A stretch of DNA of 64,000 bases. Origin: an uncultured bacterium. Lineage in GTDB: Bacteria; Armatimonadota; JACIXR01. The notes under the pieces are model-generated. The model made no database searches, was not told where the DNA came from, and was given only the letters and a program-made list of their open reading frames with translations. This document shows positions 48,346 through 58,144 of the stretch, piece after piece; within the stretch, counting starts at the first letter, position 1; each line of letters begins with the position of its first letter. The stretch is taken from NCBI GenBank assembly GCA_938041455.1, contig CALITO010000003.1:98548-162547 (forward strand), written 5' to 3'. A program made the position numbers and the translations under genes.

Positions 48346-51300
48346 TTACTTTGGCACAAGCTTTATCCTCAATACCTCGCCAAAGCGGGCTCTTCCCTCC
48401 GCTTCCATATAGAGCTTCAGTTCTTTTTGCTTATCAAGCGCTGGTAGTGTAAAGATAGGAATCTCCACATCCCTCAGGCGAGGGCAATTTCGGGGGAGGG
48501 GTATTTTCAAGTTAAGCCCTTCTATCACCAGGAACACTCCCCCTTTTCTCCCTCTCGCGTTCTTGGGAGCCACCCATTCAGCAATTCCCGTGTTGCCTAG
48601 CGAAACATACATCTCCACAGGCTTGCCTTTTTTCACTTCAACTATTCCATCCTCAATGAGCTCCACCCACTTCCCCTCTTTGTCCTTTATCTTAACCCAG
48701 TTGAACTCCCCATTGAGATATTTAGGGGGGTTAGAACCATTATAAGGGGTATTGCCCACTGCTATCAGGGGGGTATTGAGGGAATTTGTTCCGCTTCCTT
48801 CTGTCCTTATCCCCACTACCTTGCCTTCTTTTCTTGCCTCTACATATTTTGCCTTGTTATCATTGTAAACCCCTTCGTAATTTGTGGTGTGTAGATCTCT
48901 ATCTATGGTTATCCAAACCTGGGGGGTTAGTTGCTTGCGTGGTGTAGAGATTAAATTTGAATATTTTTGGAAGACGAGGGCGGCGGGGCGGGGGGTATTG
49001 TCGGGGTTGATTATGCCGAAGTCGCTCTTTTCATCACAGCGGTAGCCACCTGGGAACCACCAACAAGCGGAGCCGTTAGCGCCCGAGTCCAGGAGCATCT
49101 CGTAGAAACTGGCGTAGTAATCGGCCTGCTTCTCCATATTTTCAGGCGTTATATGGGGGTGGATATTGTAGCCGAACTCCGCCCAGAAAACGGGTTTCCC
49201 CTCGCTTGCGAAGCGGGCGTAAGCGGTAGTTAGCCCCGCTTCTTCGGGTTTCAAGCCATAACCCTCGGGGGAGAGGAAATCAAAATGCTTAGCTTGTCCT
49301 ATCATATCATAGGCAAACCATCCGCTCCAAGAGGGTTGGGAAGCAGCACGATTGCTTATCAAGTGGTTAGGGTCTAACTCCCTTATCTTTCTCACTACTT
49401 TGGCTGTAGCTTTGCTGGCGAAATCGTCTAAGAACCTACCATAGGCACAAGCCATTCTCAACCAGGGACCATCCTGGCGCAATTGTTGATCCGATGGACC
49501 AGTTACCTTTCCATTCTCGTCCCTCGGTATGGGATAGCCCCAATCTTTTTCCGCGTTCTCGATACTTCCGTATCTATCTTTCACCCATTTTTCCCACTCT
49601 CCATCCCATCTCCTCCTCTCGTTGTATCCACCCCAATGGATCTCCCAGGCGATGTCGTAGGCGAAAATCGTGCTGTTGCCTTTGAATCTACCGTTTTTGA
49701 TTAAGTCGGTGAAGAGACCTTCATCCTTATAAAGGGGATGAGCCCCATTGATGAAGAGGTTTACCTTCAAGCCGTGCCTCTTGGCTCTCAATAAAAAATC
49801 GTTTACTTGTGGCACCTGTTGTCTTGAGATGAGTTGGACACTCACCATAGTTGCCCCTAACTTTCTTAATAGAGCGAGGTTTCGCTCTATTATCAAGGGG
49901 TCGTAGAGCTCGGGACTTATCCACCCCTTCCAGAATTCTGATATCTCTTGCCCCGCTATATAAGAAGGCCAGTAATTCATCCCGTGAGGATACCACTTAT
50001 TACCTTTAAGATAAAAATCACCGTCCTTTACATAAACGAATTCTTCCTTTGGGTCATTCGGTGTCTCTTGGACACTTACCTCCTGCTCTATAACATCTAC
50101 CAATTTATCTCCTTCCCAAAGTTCCGTTCTGCCTACATAAATCCCCGCTTCTTCAGCGAGGACTTCCCAGGAGATGATAGAATCGCCCATTGGGGAGAGG
50201 GTTAAATCCTCCTCTTTAATCCAGACCTCTTTCCCTTCTCGGATAATTCTCATCCTCAACTTTGCTCTCCTCTCTTCGGAGGATATGTTGACTACCTGTG
50301 CTCCAACTCTTGCCACATCGCCCACGAAATAATGGAAGAAGTCAGAGCCTGCTTTGACGAGGAATAATCCATACTCCATTTTCTCTATGACTCTTTCAAT
50401 AAGGGGGAGGAAGAAATTCCAATGTCTTTCTAAAAAATTTATATCCTTTATCCCCAGCCAGGCGAAGATTGAGCCAAGATAGGGTGGGGAAAAGTTAACA
50501 TAGAGGGAAAGGGGGAAGCCGCGAGGGTTTCCCTCCTTATCAAAGGCTTCCAATACAGGGATGAAGCGTCCCGTTCTCTCTCCCGAGAAACCCAATCCCC
50601 GCATCCTAAGTATGGGGGAGAGGAAGGAAAATTCCCCTTCTATCCGGGCATCGGAGGGGAGAAAAACTTGAGAAGGAAAAGCTTTTATGAGGCTCATATT
50701 TTGGAGTTCATAGTATTTATACCAAGGGGAAAGGGTTTCCAATGTAGGGAGGGAGAGGTCGGGCTGGGGAGGATAATCCCTCTTTGCGGTGCCGATCCTC
50801 GCTATCCAAATCTTGTGTGGACCAGGAGATAAGTTAGTATTATGCCCTAACGCCAATCCTATGGAAAGACTTTCGGCATTTTGGGGATTAAAGCGGTCGC
50901 CTGGTCCACCTCTTCCCTTGCTCGGGTTATCAGGCCAATATAGGAATTTTTCAGGAACGAGAGCATAGTATTGCCAGGAGATGGAGAGGGGGACTGTAGC
51001 TATCCAGCGGGAGCCGTCTTTTTCCCGCCATTCCAAAAGCATTGCCTGAGTGTTGGCATCGCCCTTAGCCCAAAAACAGGTGAGATTCTGTCCGTTTGGG
51101 AAGGGATCTTGTAGGGGAGGGGAGAGAAGCGTATCCCAACCGGTGAGGTTAGAAACCTCGAATTCCAAAGAGTGGATACCTTCTTCTGGTCCCTCGGGAA
51201 CAACTCTATATCTTGTAGGGGAGGCCAGGTTATTTGAAGCTCTTATCCACTTCTCCATTTCTTCCTTCTGGAAATCTACAATGGTGCGTTCCACTGGGGT

Positions 51301-52239
51301 CCTCGCTATCTCCTCTTGGAGTTTCTCCCACCTTTCCTGCTCTAATCTAACCGAACTCGTGAAGATTGCCCCACCCAAGCATAGGAGATTCCCTCCTCCC
51401 TCAAGGAAGGAAAGGAGATTAGCCTTAGCGGAGAGGGGATAGAAACTTGCCTCAGGAAGAACAAGGAGATAAAAAGTCTCATTGCTAAAGGAAGGGCTTT
51501 TCAGCGTTTGCTCCCTAACAATCTCCACCTTTCTCCCCAAAGTCTGTAGAGCAGATGCTAATTTCTCGGTTAATTCCTGGGGATAACCCTCTTCGTCACT
51601 TTGGAAAACGGCTATTTTTTCGCCCCTTGGTTTAGTTAACCCCATAGGTGTTCCCTGCCAACTGACCGCAGAAAAGGTGGCGCTTAACCCAGAGCTTCTC
51701 AAAGCTATCTTGCCCCCTTTCACTACTTGGCTGGTAGGTGGAAAGGAGAACTGTATCTGGTAGAGGATTTTATTGCTGGATGGCTCCCTTATCTCTCCTC
51801 TTATTCCCTTGGGGTCAAAGGTCAAGATGAGGAGGTAATCCCTACCATATTCCCAAGCAAACTGTTCCTCCCCTCTTTTCACAGGCAAGTTATCCTCTAT
51901 TTCTGCTCTCCAGATTCCCGCTCGCATTTCTGCTAACTCACCATAGCGCTCTCCGTTTGGTCCCTCAACCAATATCAACTGCCAATAATTAGAGGAAGAG
52001 AGGTAAAGCATAATACCCGCTATTGCCCACCCGCCTGCGGTGGTGCGTGATCGAATCCTCAATAGGGATTTGAATTCTCCTCCCTCGTAGTAGGGGACTT
52101 GGGAAGGAATAGCGAGGGAGTTAACTTTCCCATCGCTCGTTAGTTTCTCATTTTCTACCTGGAAATTTCCTTCAACAATGTTCCACTGGGAGGCGAAAGA
52201 AAAAGCGGAGATCAAAATGGCTACAAGAAAACAGCGCAC
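48346..52239 (-). CDS. very large secreted protein (1297 aa) with a TIM-barrel glycoside-hydrolase-like region
   Basis: Has a signal peptide. An internal region (YPHGMNYWPSY...LGATMVSVQLI...NLFINGAHP) resembles GH5/GH42-type (beta/alpha)8 hydrolases. Confidence 0.45.
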   Translation of the reverse strand: MRCFLVAILISAFSFASQWNIVEGNFQVENEKLTSDGKVNSLAIPSQVPYYEGGEFKSLLRIRSRTTAGGWAIAGIMLYLSSSNYWQLILVEGPNGERYGELAEMRAGIWRAEIEDNLPVKRGEEQFAWEYGRDYLLILTFDPKGIRGEIREPSSNKILYQIQFSFPPTSQVVKGGKIALRSSGLSATFSAVSWQGTPMGLTKPRGEKIAVFQSDEEGYPQELTEKLASALQTLGRKVEIVREQTLKSPSFSNETFYLLVLPEASFYPLSAKANLLSFLEGGGNLLCLGGAIFTSSVRLEQERWEKLQEEIARTPVERTIVDFQKEEMEKWIRASNNLASPTRYRVVPEGPEEGIHSLEFEVSNLTGWDTLLSPPLQDPFPNGQNLTCFWAKGDANTQAMLLEWREKDGSRWIATVPLSISWQYYALVPEKFLYWPDNPSKGRGGPGDRFNPQNAESLSIGLALGHNTNLSPGPHKIWIARIGTAKRDYPPQPDLSLPTLETLSPWYKYYELQNMSLIKAFPSQVFLPSDARIEGEFSFLSPILRMRGLGFSGERTGRFIPVLEAFDKEGNPRGFPLSLYVNFSPPYLGSIFAWLGIKDINFLERHWNFFLPLIERVIEKMEYGLFLVKAGSDFFHYFVGDVARVGAQVVNISSEERRAKLRMRIIREGKEVWIKEEDLTLSPMGDSIISWEVLAEEAGIYVGRTELWEGDKLVDVIEQEVSVQETPNDPKEEFVYVKDGDFYLKGNKWYPHGMNYWPSYIAGQEISEFWKGWISPELYDPLIIERNLALLRKLGATMVSVQLISRQQVPQVNDFLLRAKRHGLKVNLFINGAHPLYKDEGLFTDLIKNGRFKGNSTIFAYDIAWEIHWGGYNERRRWDGEWEKWVKDRYGSIENAEKDWGYPIPRDENGKVTGPSDQQLRQDGPWLRMACAYGRFLDDFASKATAKVVRKIRELDPNHLISNRAASQPSWSGWFAYDMIGQAKHFDFLSPEGYGLKPEEAGLTTAYARFASEGKPVFWAEFGYNIHPHITPENMEKQADYYASFYEMLLDSGANGSACWWFPGGYRCDEKSDFGIINPDNTPRPAALVFQKYSNLISTPRKQLTPQVWITIDRDLHTTNYEGVYNDNKAKYVEARKEGKVVGIRTEGSGTNSLNTPLIAVGNTPYNGSNPPKYLNGEFNWVKIKDKEGKWVELIEDGIVEVKKGKPVEMYVSLGNTGIAEWVAPKNARGRKGGVFLVIEGLNLKIPLPRNCPRLRDVEIPIFTLPALDKQKELKLYMEAEGRARFGEVLRIKLVPK

Positions 52240-52248
52240 TTTTTCACC

Positions 52249-53532
52249 TCATTCCTTTGAGATGCCCGTGAAGTTGAAGTTGGAGAGTCTTACTGCTGGG
52301 ACGAGAGAATATTCGCCTCTTTTAAGTTCCCTGCTCAATAGTAAGTCTCCTGAAAATGCTTTTAAAAGGTTCTGAGTAAAGCGGAGGTTACGGAGGGGAT
52401 ATTTTATCTTTCCCTTTTCTATAAAGAAAGTGCCATCCCTCGTCAATCCTGTAAAGACGAGTTGTTTGGGATGCACGATGTTGGTATAATGGAGCCGAGT
52501 AACGAGGATGCCCCTGTCAAGGGTGGCTATCAAATCCTCAAGGGAGTATTCGCCGGGATAAAGAAACATATCGGAAGGGAAAGGGGCGTGGCGAGTGGAA
52601 TGTCCCGTTGATTCTTTACCTTCTTTATGAGCGGTGAAGGAATCGTAGACAACCCCTTTTGCCACGCCTCTTTCAATCAAGACAACCCTTTGCTTGCCGA
52701 CACCTTCCCAATCGAATGGGAAAGGGAGTTTAGCATTCCGTGCATCGTCAACAAGGGTTATCTTTTCGTCAAACAATTTCTCTCCCAATTTACCCTCTAA
52801 AAAACTCCTTCCCTCTTGAAGGGCTTTGGCATTAAAGCCGAACCATCCGAAAAACATCATTATCTCATCCACCGCATAGGGTAGTAGAACGACATCGTAT
52901 TCTCCAGGCTCAATCTCCTTGGGATTCTGTGAAGCAAGGGCTCTTTCTATCGCTTCTTCTGCCAACTCGGCGGGGTTGATTTCTCGCCAATCTGTAGTGA
53001 GACAAGCAGAGAAACCGCTGCCCTCAGCCTTTATGGCTACTAAACGAAGCGTGAAGCTACTCATCATCCCACAGACATCTATTCCAAGGGAATTGAGAAC
53101 GCAGATATTTCCTTGGGAGGCGGAGAAGGCACCTGATAGAAAAACACCCCTTTTCTCTGCCACCGCTATTGCTGAACCTATTATCTCACCTGCTTCAAGT
53201 GGGGAGGGAGGCTCCACATAAGGAGGTAGGAAGGGCAAGGGAGTGGGCTTGGGGAGGGAAACGAACTCGGGGTCGGGCGGGGAAAGCTCGGCCACGGTTT
53301 CCGCTCTCCCTATCATTTCCCTCAATGTTTTTTCCTCCGCTACATTTGTTGATGCCTCTCCTATCTTTTTATCTTTTATAACCTTAACATTGGCAAAGAA
53401 GTTCTTGTCTTGAACCGCTTGGTGCACCTTGTTGCGAGTGAAGCGGATAAGATAGTGGGAATAATCCGAGATGTTAACCTGTGCTTCTTCTATATTCTCC
53501 AGTATGAATTTCCCTATATCCCTTGCTTTCAT
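52249..53532 (-). CDS. pmbA: TldD/PmbA-family metallopeptidase (PmbA/TldE-like)
   Basis: Family-typical length and conserved blocks. 4-nt overlap with tldD. Confidence 0.75.
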   Translation of the reverse strand: MKARDIGKFILENIEEAQVNISDYSHYLIRFTRNKVHQAVQDKNFFANVKVIKDKKIGEASTNVAEEKTLREMIGRAETVAELSPPDPEFVSLPKPTPLPFLPPYVEPPSPLEAGEIIGSAIAVAEKRGVFLSGAFSASQGNICVLNSLGIDVCGMMSSFTLRLVAIKAEGSGFSACLTTDWREINPAELAEEAIERALASQNPKEIEPGEYDVVLLPYAVDEIMMFFGWFGFNAKALQEGRSFLEGKLGEKLFDEKITLVDDARNAKLPFPFDWEGVGKQRVVLIERGVAKGVVYDSFTAHKEGKESTGHSTRHAPFPSDMFLYPGEYSLEDLIATLDRGILVTRLHYTNIVHPKQLVFTGLTRDGTFFIEKGKIKYPLRNLRFTQNLLKAFSGDLLLSRELKRGEYSLVPAVRLSNFNFTGISKE

Positions 53533-54980
53533 CTCTTCATCACTCCAATCCTTACTCTTTGGAAACGGGCATAGGGTACTTGATGTCCAACGAACATTGC
53601 CTGGGGAGGTTCTCCTTTCCCGCAGTTCGGCACTCCCAAAAGGAAGAGGGTGGATTCATCGGTGACAGCATCCAACGAGTTCCAGAATAGAGGGGTAATG
53701 CCCGTGTAAGTGGGGTTTTTAACCATTCCCTTTATCTCTCCATTCTCTATGAGCCATCCTATTTCGCCTGCGAATTGGAAGTTCAACCTTTTGTCATCTA
53801 TTGACCAAGAGGAATATTCCTCTATCAGAAGTCCCGCCTTTGTCTCTTGGACGAGTTCGTCCAAGGAGAAATCTCCTGGTTCAAGGTTTATGTTTGTCAT
53901 TCTTATGAGGGGCAAGTTGTTATAGCCATCGGCGCGAGCGCATCCTCCCGATTTTATTCCCAACTTATAAGCTACTTCTCTGGAGGTTAGATAATTTTTG
54001 AATATTCCTTCCTTGACAAGTTCTATCTTCTGCGCTCTAACACCTTCGTCATCGAACTCGAAATGTCCGAGTGCCTTCTCCAGGGTAGCATCCGCTACAA
54101 GATTGACGAGGGGACTGCCATAGCGGAAATTGCCAAGTTTATCTCGGGTCAAAAAAGTATCCCCCGCATAGGAGGTTTCATAGCCGAAAACCCTATCCGC
54201 TTCAGAGGGATGTCCACAGGATTCGTGGATTTGGAGACCGAGCATTGATTTGCCGATTATGAGCGTCCTTTCATCCGATGGGCATAGGGGAGCATTGAGG
54301 AGCGCTTCCGCTTCCTTAGCAATCCTTTCTGCCTGGGAGGGAAGGTCGAGGCTTCTCACGAACTCCCACCCCATCTGGGCATAGTTGCCCCCCATAGCAG
54401 GGTAGGAACGTTCTTGGGTTTCTTCCCCTTCTACGGCAGTGGCGCTTATCCCACCGCCACATATTGTTATTATTTGCTCTATATCGGCGCCTTCACTTGA
54501 GAGGAAGAACTTCTCCTCTCTAAAAGAGTTAAGGGTGCTTTCCCGAACTTTTATCTTGGGCGAGATGTTCAGCAAGCGGTCGCATTCAAGAAGGAACTCC
54601 ACTTTATCGGGAAGGGGTATATCAAAGGGGTTTTCTTTATAGGGGAATTTAAAACTTCCTTCACCAACTTCCTCTTCCGACAAATTAACCTCCATATTTC
54701 CCGCTTTGTGAGCGCTTCTCGCCATCTGGATAGCCATCTTTGCCGTTTCTCTCACTCCCTCAGGGGTTAGTTGGTTAGTAGCGGCGAAGCCCAGCGCCTT
54801 GTTCCAGATCACTCTTATGCCTAATCCTGCCTCTTCCCGAGATTCTATTCTCTCCGGTCTCCCATTCTTCACATATACTTCTTCTGATTTTCGTCTTACT
54901 ATTCTTGCATCGGCAAAGTTGGCACCCTCTTCCAACGCCCTCTCGATTGCTTTCCTCAGAAGTTCTTGCATATTAGACAA
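53529..54980 (-). CDS. tldD: TldD-family metallopeptidase
   Basis: HESCGHPSEADRV (HExxxH) metal site. TldD length. Confidence 0.85.
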   Translation of the reverse strand: MSNMQELLRKAIERALEEGANFADARIVRRKSEEVYVKNGRPERIESREEAGLGIRVIWNKALGFAATNQLTPEGVRETAKMAIQMARSAHKAGNMEVNLSEEEVGEGSFKFPYKENPFDIPLPDKVEFLLECDRLLNISPKIKVRESTLNSFREEKFFLSSEGADIEQIITICGGGISATAVEGEETQERSYPAMGGNYAQMGWEFVRSLDLPSQAERIAKEAEALLNAPLCPSDERTLIIGKSMLGLQIHESCGHPSEADRVFGYETSYAGDTFLTRDKLGNFRYGSPLVNLVADATLEKALGHFEFDDEGVRAQKIELVKEGIFKNYLTSREVAYKLGIKSGGCARADGYNNLPLIRMTNINLEPGDFSLDELVQETKAGLLIEEYSSWSIDDKRLNFQFAGEIGWLIENGEIKGMVKNPTYTGITPLFWNSLDAVTDESTLFLLGVPNCGKGEPPQAMFVGHQVPYARFQRVRIGVMKR

Positions 54981-55845
54981 ACCTCCCTTTTACACCAGTT
55001 CGCTTCTCTTCCTCTATGCGCTTTCTTCCCAACTCAAAGAAAGGCTTTGCGAAATCGGTTGCCCAAGTGCGCTCCTCAAAAGTGCGTTGTTCGAGGGTTT
55101 TAAGGAAACCCTCTATCTCCTTAAAGTAAGAACCGTAGATATGATAGGAATCGGAGATATCCACATATCTTCCTACGAATACCTCCTTCCCAATTTTAAC
55201 GCTTATTCTCTCCGCTATCAATCGTTGCAGGTCGGTAAGGGCGAAGATGTTCATAAAAGCTGCCTTAAAGGCGTCCCTGCTTCGCCAATGGGTGTTCATA
55301 TTGAGGTAGAATTTGCCCTCTTCTTCTGTGAGCCTGCACCAAATACGCTGAAGGCAGGGAGGGTCGTCGGTCTTAGGGTCCATACCCGGCTTCCAGGTTA
55401 TTGCTTGGGCACGCCGAGAGTAGGGAACTTGGGAAAGTTTTTCAATTATATAGGCTATTTGGTCTATTTTCTCTCCCTCGGTTGAGTAGGAGAAGAGGCG
55501 CTCGTGATAAGTGTAGGTCCATTTTCCTTCCTCGGGGGCTATCCAATGGTCGTGGACGCCTTCCACCACCTCAAGGCGATATATCTCCAAATCTTCCAAA
55601 CCACCGGGGAAGCAACGATGGATGCGGGGTTCGGCAAGTGGTTGCTCTATAATCATGATCATAGTGCAGTCCCGACTAGGTGGATCCTCCGGTTTATCAT
55701 ATTCAGTCCTTATCGCTATCCCTTCCCTCCAGGTGGCAAGAACGGAGTTCTCCCATACCTCAGGCAGGGTCCTACCTCTTACTAAAAGGACGGGAATATC
55801 AATCCTCACGCTATCCATACCTCCCATATAGATGCTTTTTAACAT
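54973..55845 (-). CDS. divergent thymidylate synthase (ThyA)-fold protein
   Basis: Read-off alignment to E. coli ThyA across the catalytic core: IDQI...SRR...W, PPC (Cys nucleophile), WRSRD (cf. QRSCD) and MNIFA (cf. FNIAS). The His after the catalytic Cys is replaced by Leu, and the N-terminal half is divergent. Confidence 0.6.
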   Translation of the reverse strand: MLKSIYMGGMDSVRIDIPVLLVRGRTLPEVWENSVLATWREGIAIRTEYDKPEDPPSRDCTMIMIIEQPLAEPRIHRCFPGGLEDLEIYRLEVVEGVHDHWIAPEEGKWTYTYHERLFSYSTEGEKIDQIAYIIEKLSQVPYSRRAQAITWKPGMDPKTDDPPCLQRIWCRLTEEEGKFYLNMNTHWRSRDAFKAAFMNIFALTDLQRLIAERISVKIGKEVFVGRYVDISDSYHIYGSYFKEIEGFLKTLEQRTFEERTWATDFAKPFFELGRKRIEEEKRTGVKGRFV

Positions 55846-55929
55846 TTTATCCTTTGTTCTGTGATAGAGGAAGAAGAATTTCGAGACGCGGATAGTTTCT
55901 TGCTCTATCGCTCTTTCTTCAGGTTTTCC

Positions 55930-57360
55930 TTATCTTCCCTCCTCAAGGTTACTAACTACTTTAACATGCCCATCTGCGTAGAGATTTATCCAAAGACCGG
56001 GGGAAACTTCCCAGCTTGCGAGGACTGTTTGGGAGGGATGCTGTAGGTGGATTAGGGGTGGGAGAGAGTGATAATGGAAATGGGGGTCAAAGAGAACGGA
56101 GAGTATGGTGTCGTTTTTGAGATATGGTCCCAGCCCCTCGGTGAGGTTCTCAGCAAGTGGCCAGTTCTCGTCATAGTCTTGCACATACATCAGTATGGCT
56201 ATCCCTATCTGTTTCATCCAATTTACCTTCTCTGCAAGTTCCCTATTTTCCGGCGTTTCCTCTAATCCTTCGTAATAAGCGGAGTATTTCTCTATGTTAA
56301 CCAAGCAGAGTTTCCCTTCCTTTACGAAAGCCAAGAGTCTTCCATCAGGCGAGATGGAAGGTCTGCTATCTCCATCACAGTATGGAACGAGGAGTTCCTG
56401 TCTTCCCGCTTCCCATATACTGCTCACTACCCCTTTCATAAGCCCTTCGTCATCCAAAAGCGGGGTATTACGAACATAGAGTAACATCCCCTTGGGTGAA
56501 AGCTCGGGAAGATAAGAAGCACCGTTTTTTGTGAGGGGGACTTCCTTGTGCTCTTTTCCTGATAGTCCTATTACTTCTATATCCGCACCGCTTACGGGGA
56601 GTAAATCAGGAGATAGTTGGGCAGAGGGGGCTAAGACACTCGCTACCAGTATCCCCTCGGTTAGAGTATGGAGGGAAATTATCCGCTTAGGGAGAGGGAA
56701 GAAATTGACATCGGGTTTTGGTTTATTCAAATTAACCTCGTAAATTCCTTCCTCACCTGCAAGGTAGATGGTTTGCCCATCCTTTGCCCAGGAAAGGCAA
56801 TTCGCTATTAAGCCCTCCAACTTTTGTTCCCATTTCCTATTCTCCACATGGTAAATCCAAAGGCTGGATAATCGGGGTGTGCCCTGAAGGGCGGCTATTA
56901 GGGAGCCATCGGGAGAAAATGCGGGAGAGAAAAGGTTTTCCCCTTCGCTAATAGCTCTTGCTTTCCCGGAGGGTATAGCAAGGAGCCAAATAGCCCCCAT
57001 AGGGGTCAAAGAGGGAGGCGCTTGGCGGGAATTAGCGAGAAAGAGGAGGTAATCACCTCTGGGGGACCAACGGATACCGAAGGAGCGGTTTGGAAAAACT
57101 CTGCTCTGAGTTGAGGAGAAAAGGCTCTTCCCTTGCTTCTTAGAGCGCGATAAATCTAACAGGGTTAAGGTGTCTTCACCCTTCTGGGAGGAGATAAATG
57201 CGATTAAATTGGAATCCTTGGGAGAAAAAGCGGGTTGAAATATGTAACCCTCCAGGGGTAGTTCCTCAACACTTAAGGGTGCTTTCACTCCGCAGAGGAG
57301 GAGAAAAGGTAGAATAGCGAGTAGGATAACGAGGAACATCCCACTTTTTATTCCCTTCAC
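55930..57360 (-). CDS. secreted TolB-like beta-propeller protein with a C-terminal DUF1559 (H-X9-DG) domain
   Basis: N-terminal signal/anchor with PD40-type repeats. The C-terminal NWMKQIGIAILMYVQDYDENWP ... LYADGHVKVV resembles the post-pilin region of the 31919 protein. Confidence 0.6.
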   Translation of the reverse strand: MKGIKSGMFLVILLAILPFLLLCGVKAPLSVEELPLEGYIFQPAFSPKDSNLIAFISSQKGEDTLTLLDLSRSKKQGKSLFSSTQSRVFPNRSFGIRWSPRGDYLLFLANSRQAPPSLTPMGAIWLLAIPSGKARAISEGENLFSPAFSPDGSLIAALQGTPRLSSLWIYHVENRKWEQKLEGLIANCLSWAKDGQTIYLAGEEGIYEVNLNKPKPDVNFFPLPKRIISLHTLTEGILVASVLAPSAQLSPDLLPVSGADIEVIGLSGKEHKEVPLTKNGASYLPELSPKGMLLYVRNTPLLDDEGLMKGVVSSIWEAGRQELLVPYCDGDSRPSISPDGRLLAFVKEGKLCLVNIEKYSAYYEGLEETPENRELAEKVNWMKQIGIAILMYVQDYDENWPLAENLTEGLGPYLKNDTILSVLFDPHFHYHSLPPLIHLQHPSQTVLASWEVSPGLWINLYADGHVKVVSNLEEGR

Positions 57361-57367
57361 CGCTTTA

Positions 57368-58102
57368 TCATACCTCCTTTTTCAACAATTCCTCGGCTAT
57401 ATGGAATAGGATTATTAAGTCTCCTTTCTTACCCTCGGGACATTCGTTGCCCAGACCCTTTAAAACCAGCTTTTGCTCTTTCCTAAGGCGTAAGGGGACC
57501 TTCACCGTTATCTCTTCCCGCCTTTTTACCCTGCCCTTCCCCTCACAGCGAGGGCAAGGAGCTGAGGGGAGCTTTCCTCTACCCTGGCAATCCGGGCATC
57601 TATCATACGTTATATGCTCGCTCAATAGATCCCATTTCACTTGCTTCCTCTTGCCTTTACCATCGCAAGTGGGGCAAATTCGCCAGTTGTTGTCCAATGA
57701 GAGGGTGCCCTTTCCTTGGCAGAGAGGACAGATTTCCATTCGTTCGAAGGGAATCCTTACCTCTCCCCCTTTTTGCTGGGGAAGGATTTGGACATCTCGG
57801 ACTATGTCCTCGCCTCTTTTCTCTCTGGAGACAACGAATACGCTCTCAAAGAATTCTTTACCGTCATCTATAATAGGCGTTCCAAACCGGTCGTATGCTT
57901 CCCTCTTCTCCCTGTCTGAAAGAACTTCATATGCTTCCTTTATAAGCCTGAATTTATCTTCCTTTTGCTTATCACCAGGAGAAATGTCGGGGTGATAGAT
58001 TTTGGCAAGCTTTCTATAGGCGCTTTTTATCTCCCTTAGAGAAGCATTCTTTGGGACACCGAGGACCTCGTAATAGTCCATTTCCTTATTAAATCCTTTC
58101 AC
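57368..58102 (-). CDS. J-domain protein with a DnaJ-type CxxCxGxG zinc-finger domain
   Basis: J domain MDYYEVLGV...HPD (the real start may be ATG 58081). Four CxxCxGKG repeats. No DnaJ C-terminal domains. Confidence 0.75.
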   Translation of the reverse strand: MKGFNKEMDYYEVLGVPKNASLREIKSAYRKLAKIYHPDISPGDKQKEDKFRLIKEAYEVLSDREKREAYDRFGTPIIDDGKEFFESVFVVSREKRGEDIVRDVQILPQQKGGEVRIPFERMEICPLCQGKGTLSLDNNWRICPTCDGKGKRKQVKWDLLSEHITYDRCPDCQGRGKLPSAPCPRCEGKGRVKRREEITVKVPLRLRKEQKLVLKGLGNECPEGKKGDLIILFHIAEELLKKEV

Positions 58103-58144
58103 TTCTCTTCTATTGTATATTATATCGTTTGTTCCAAGGTAATT

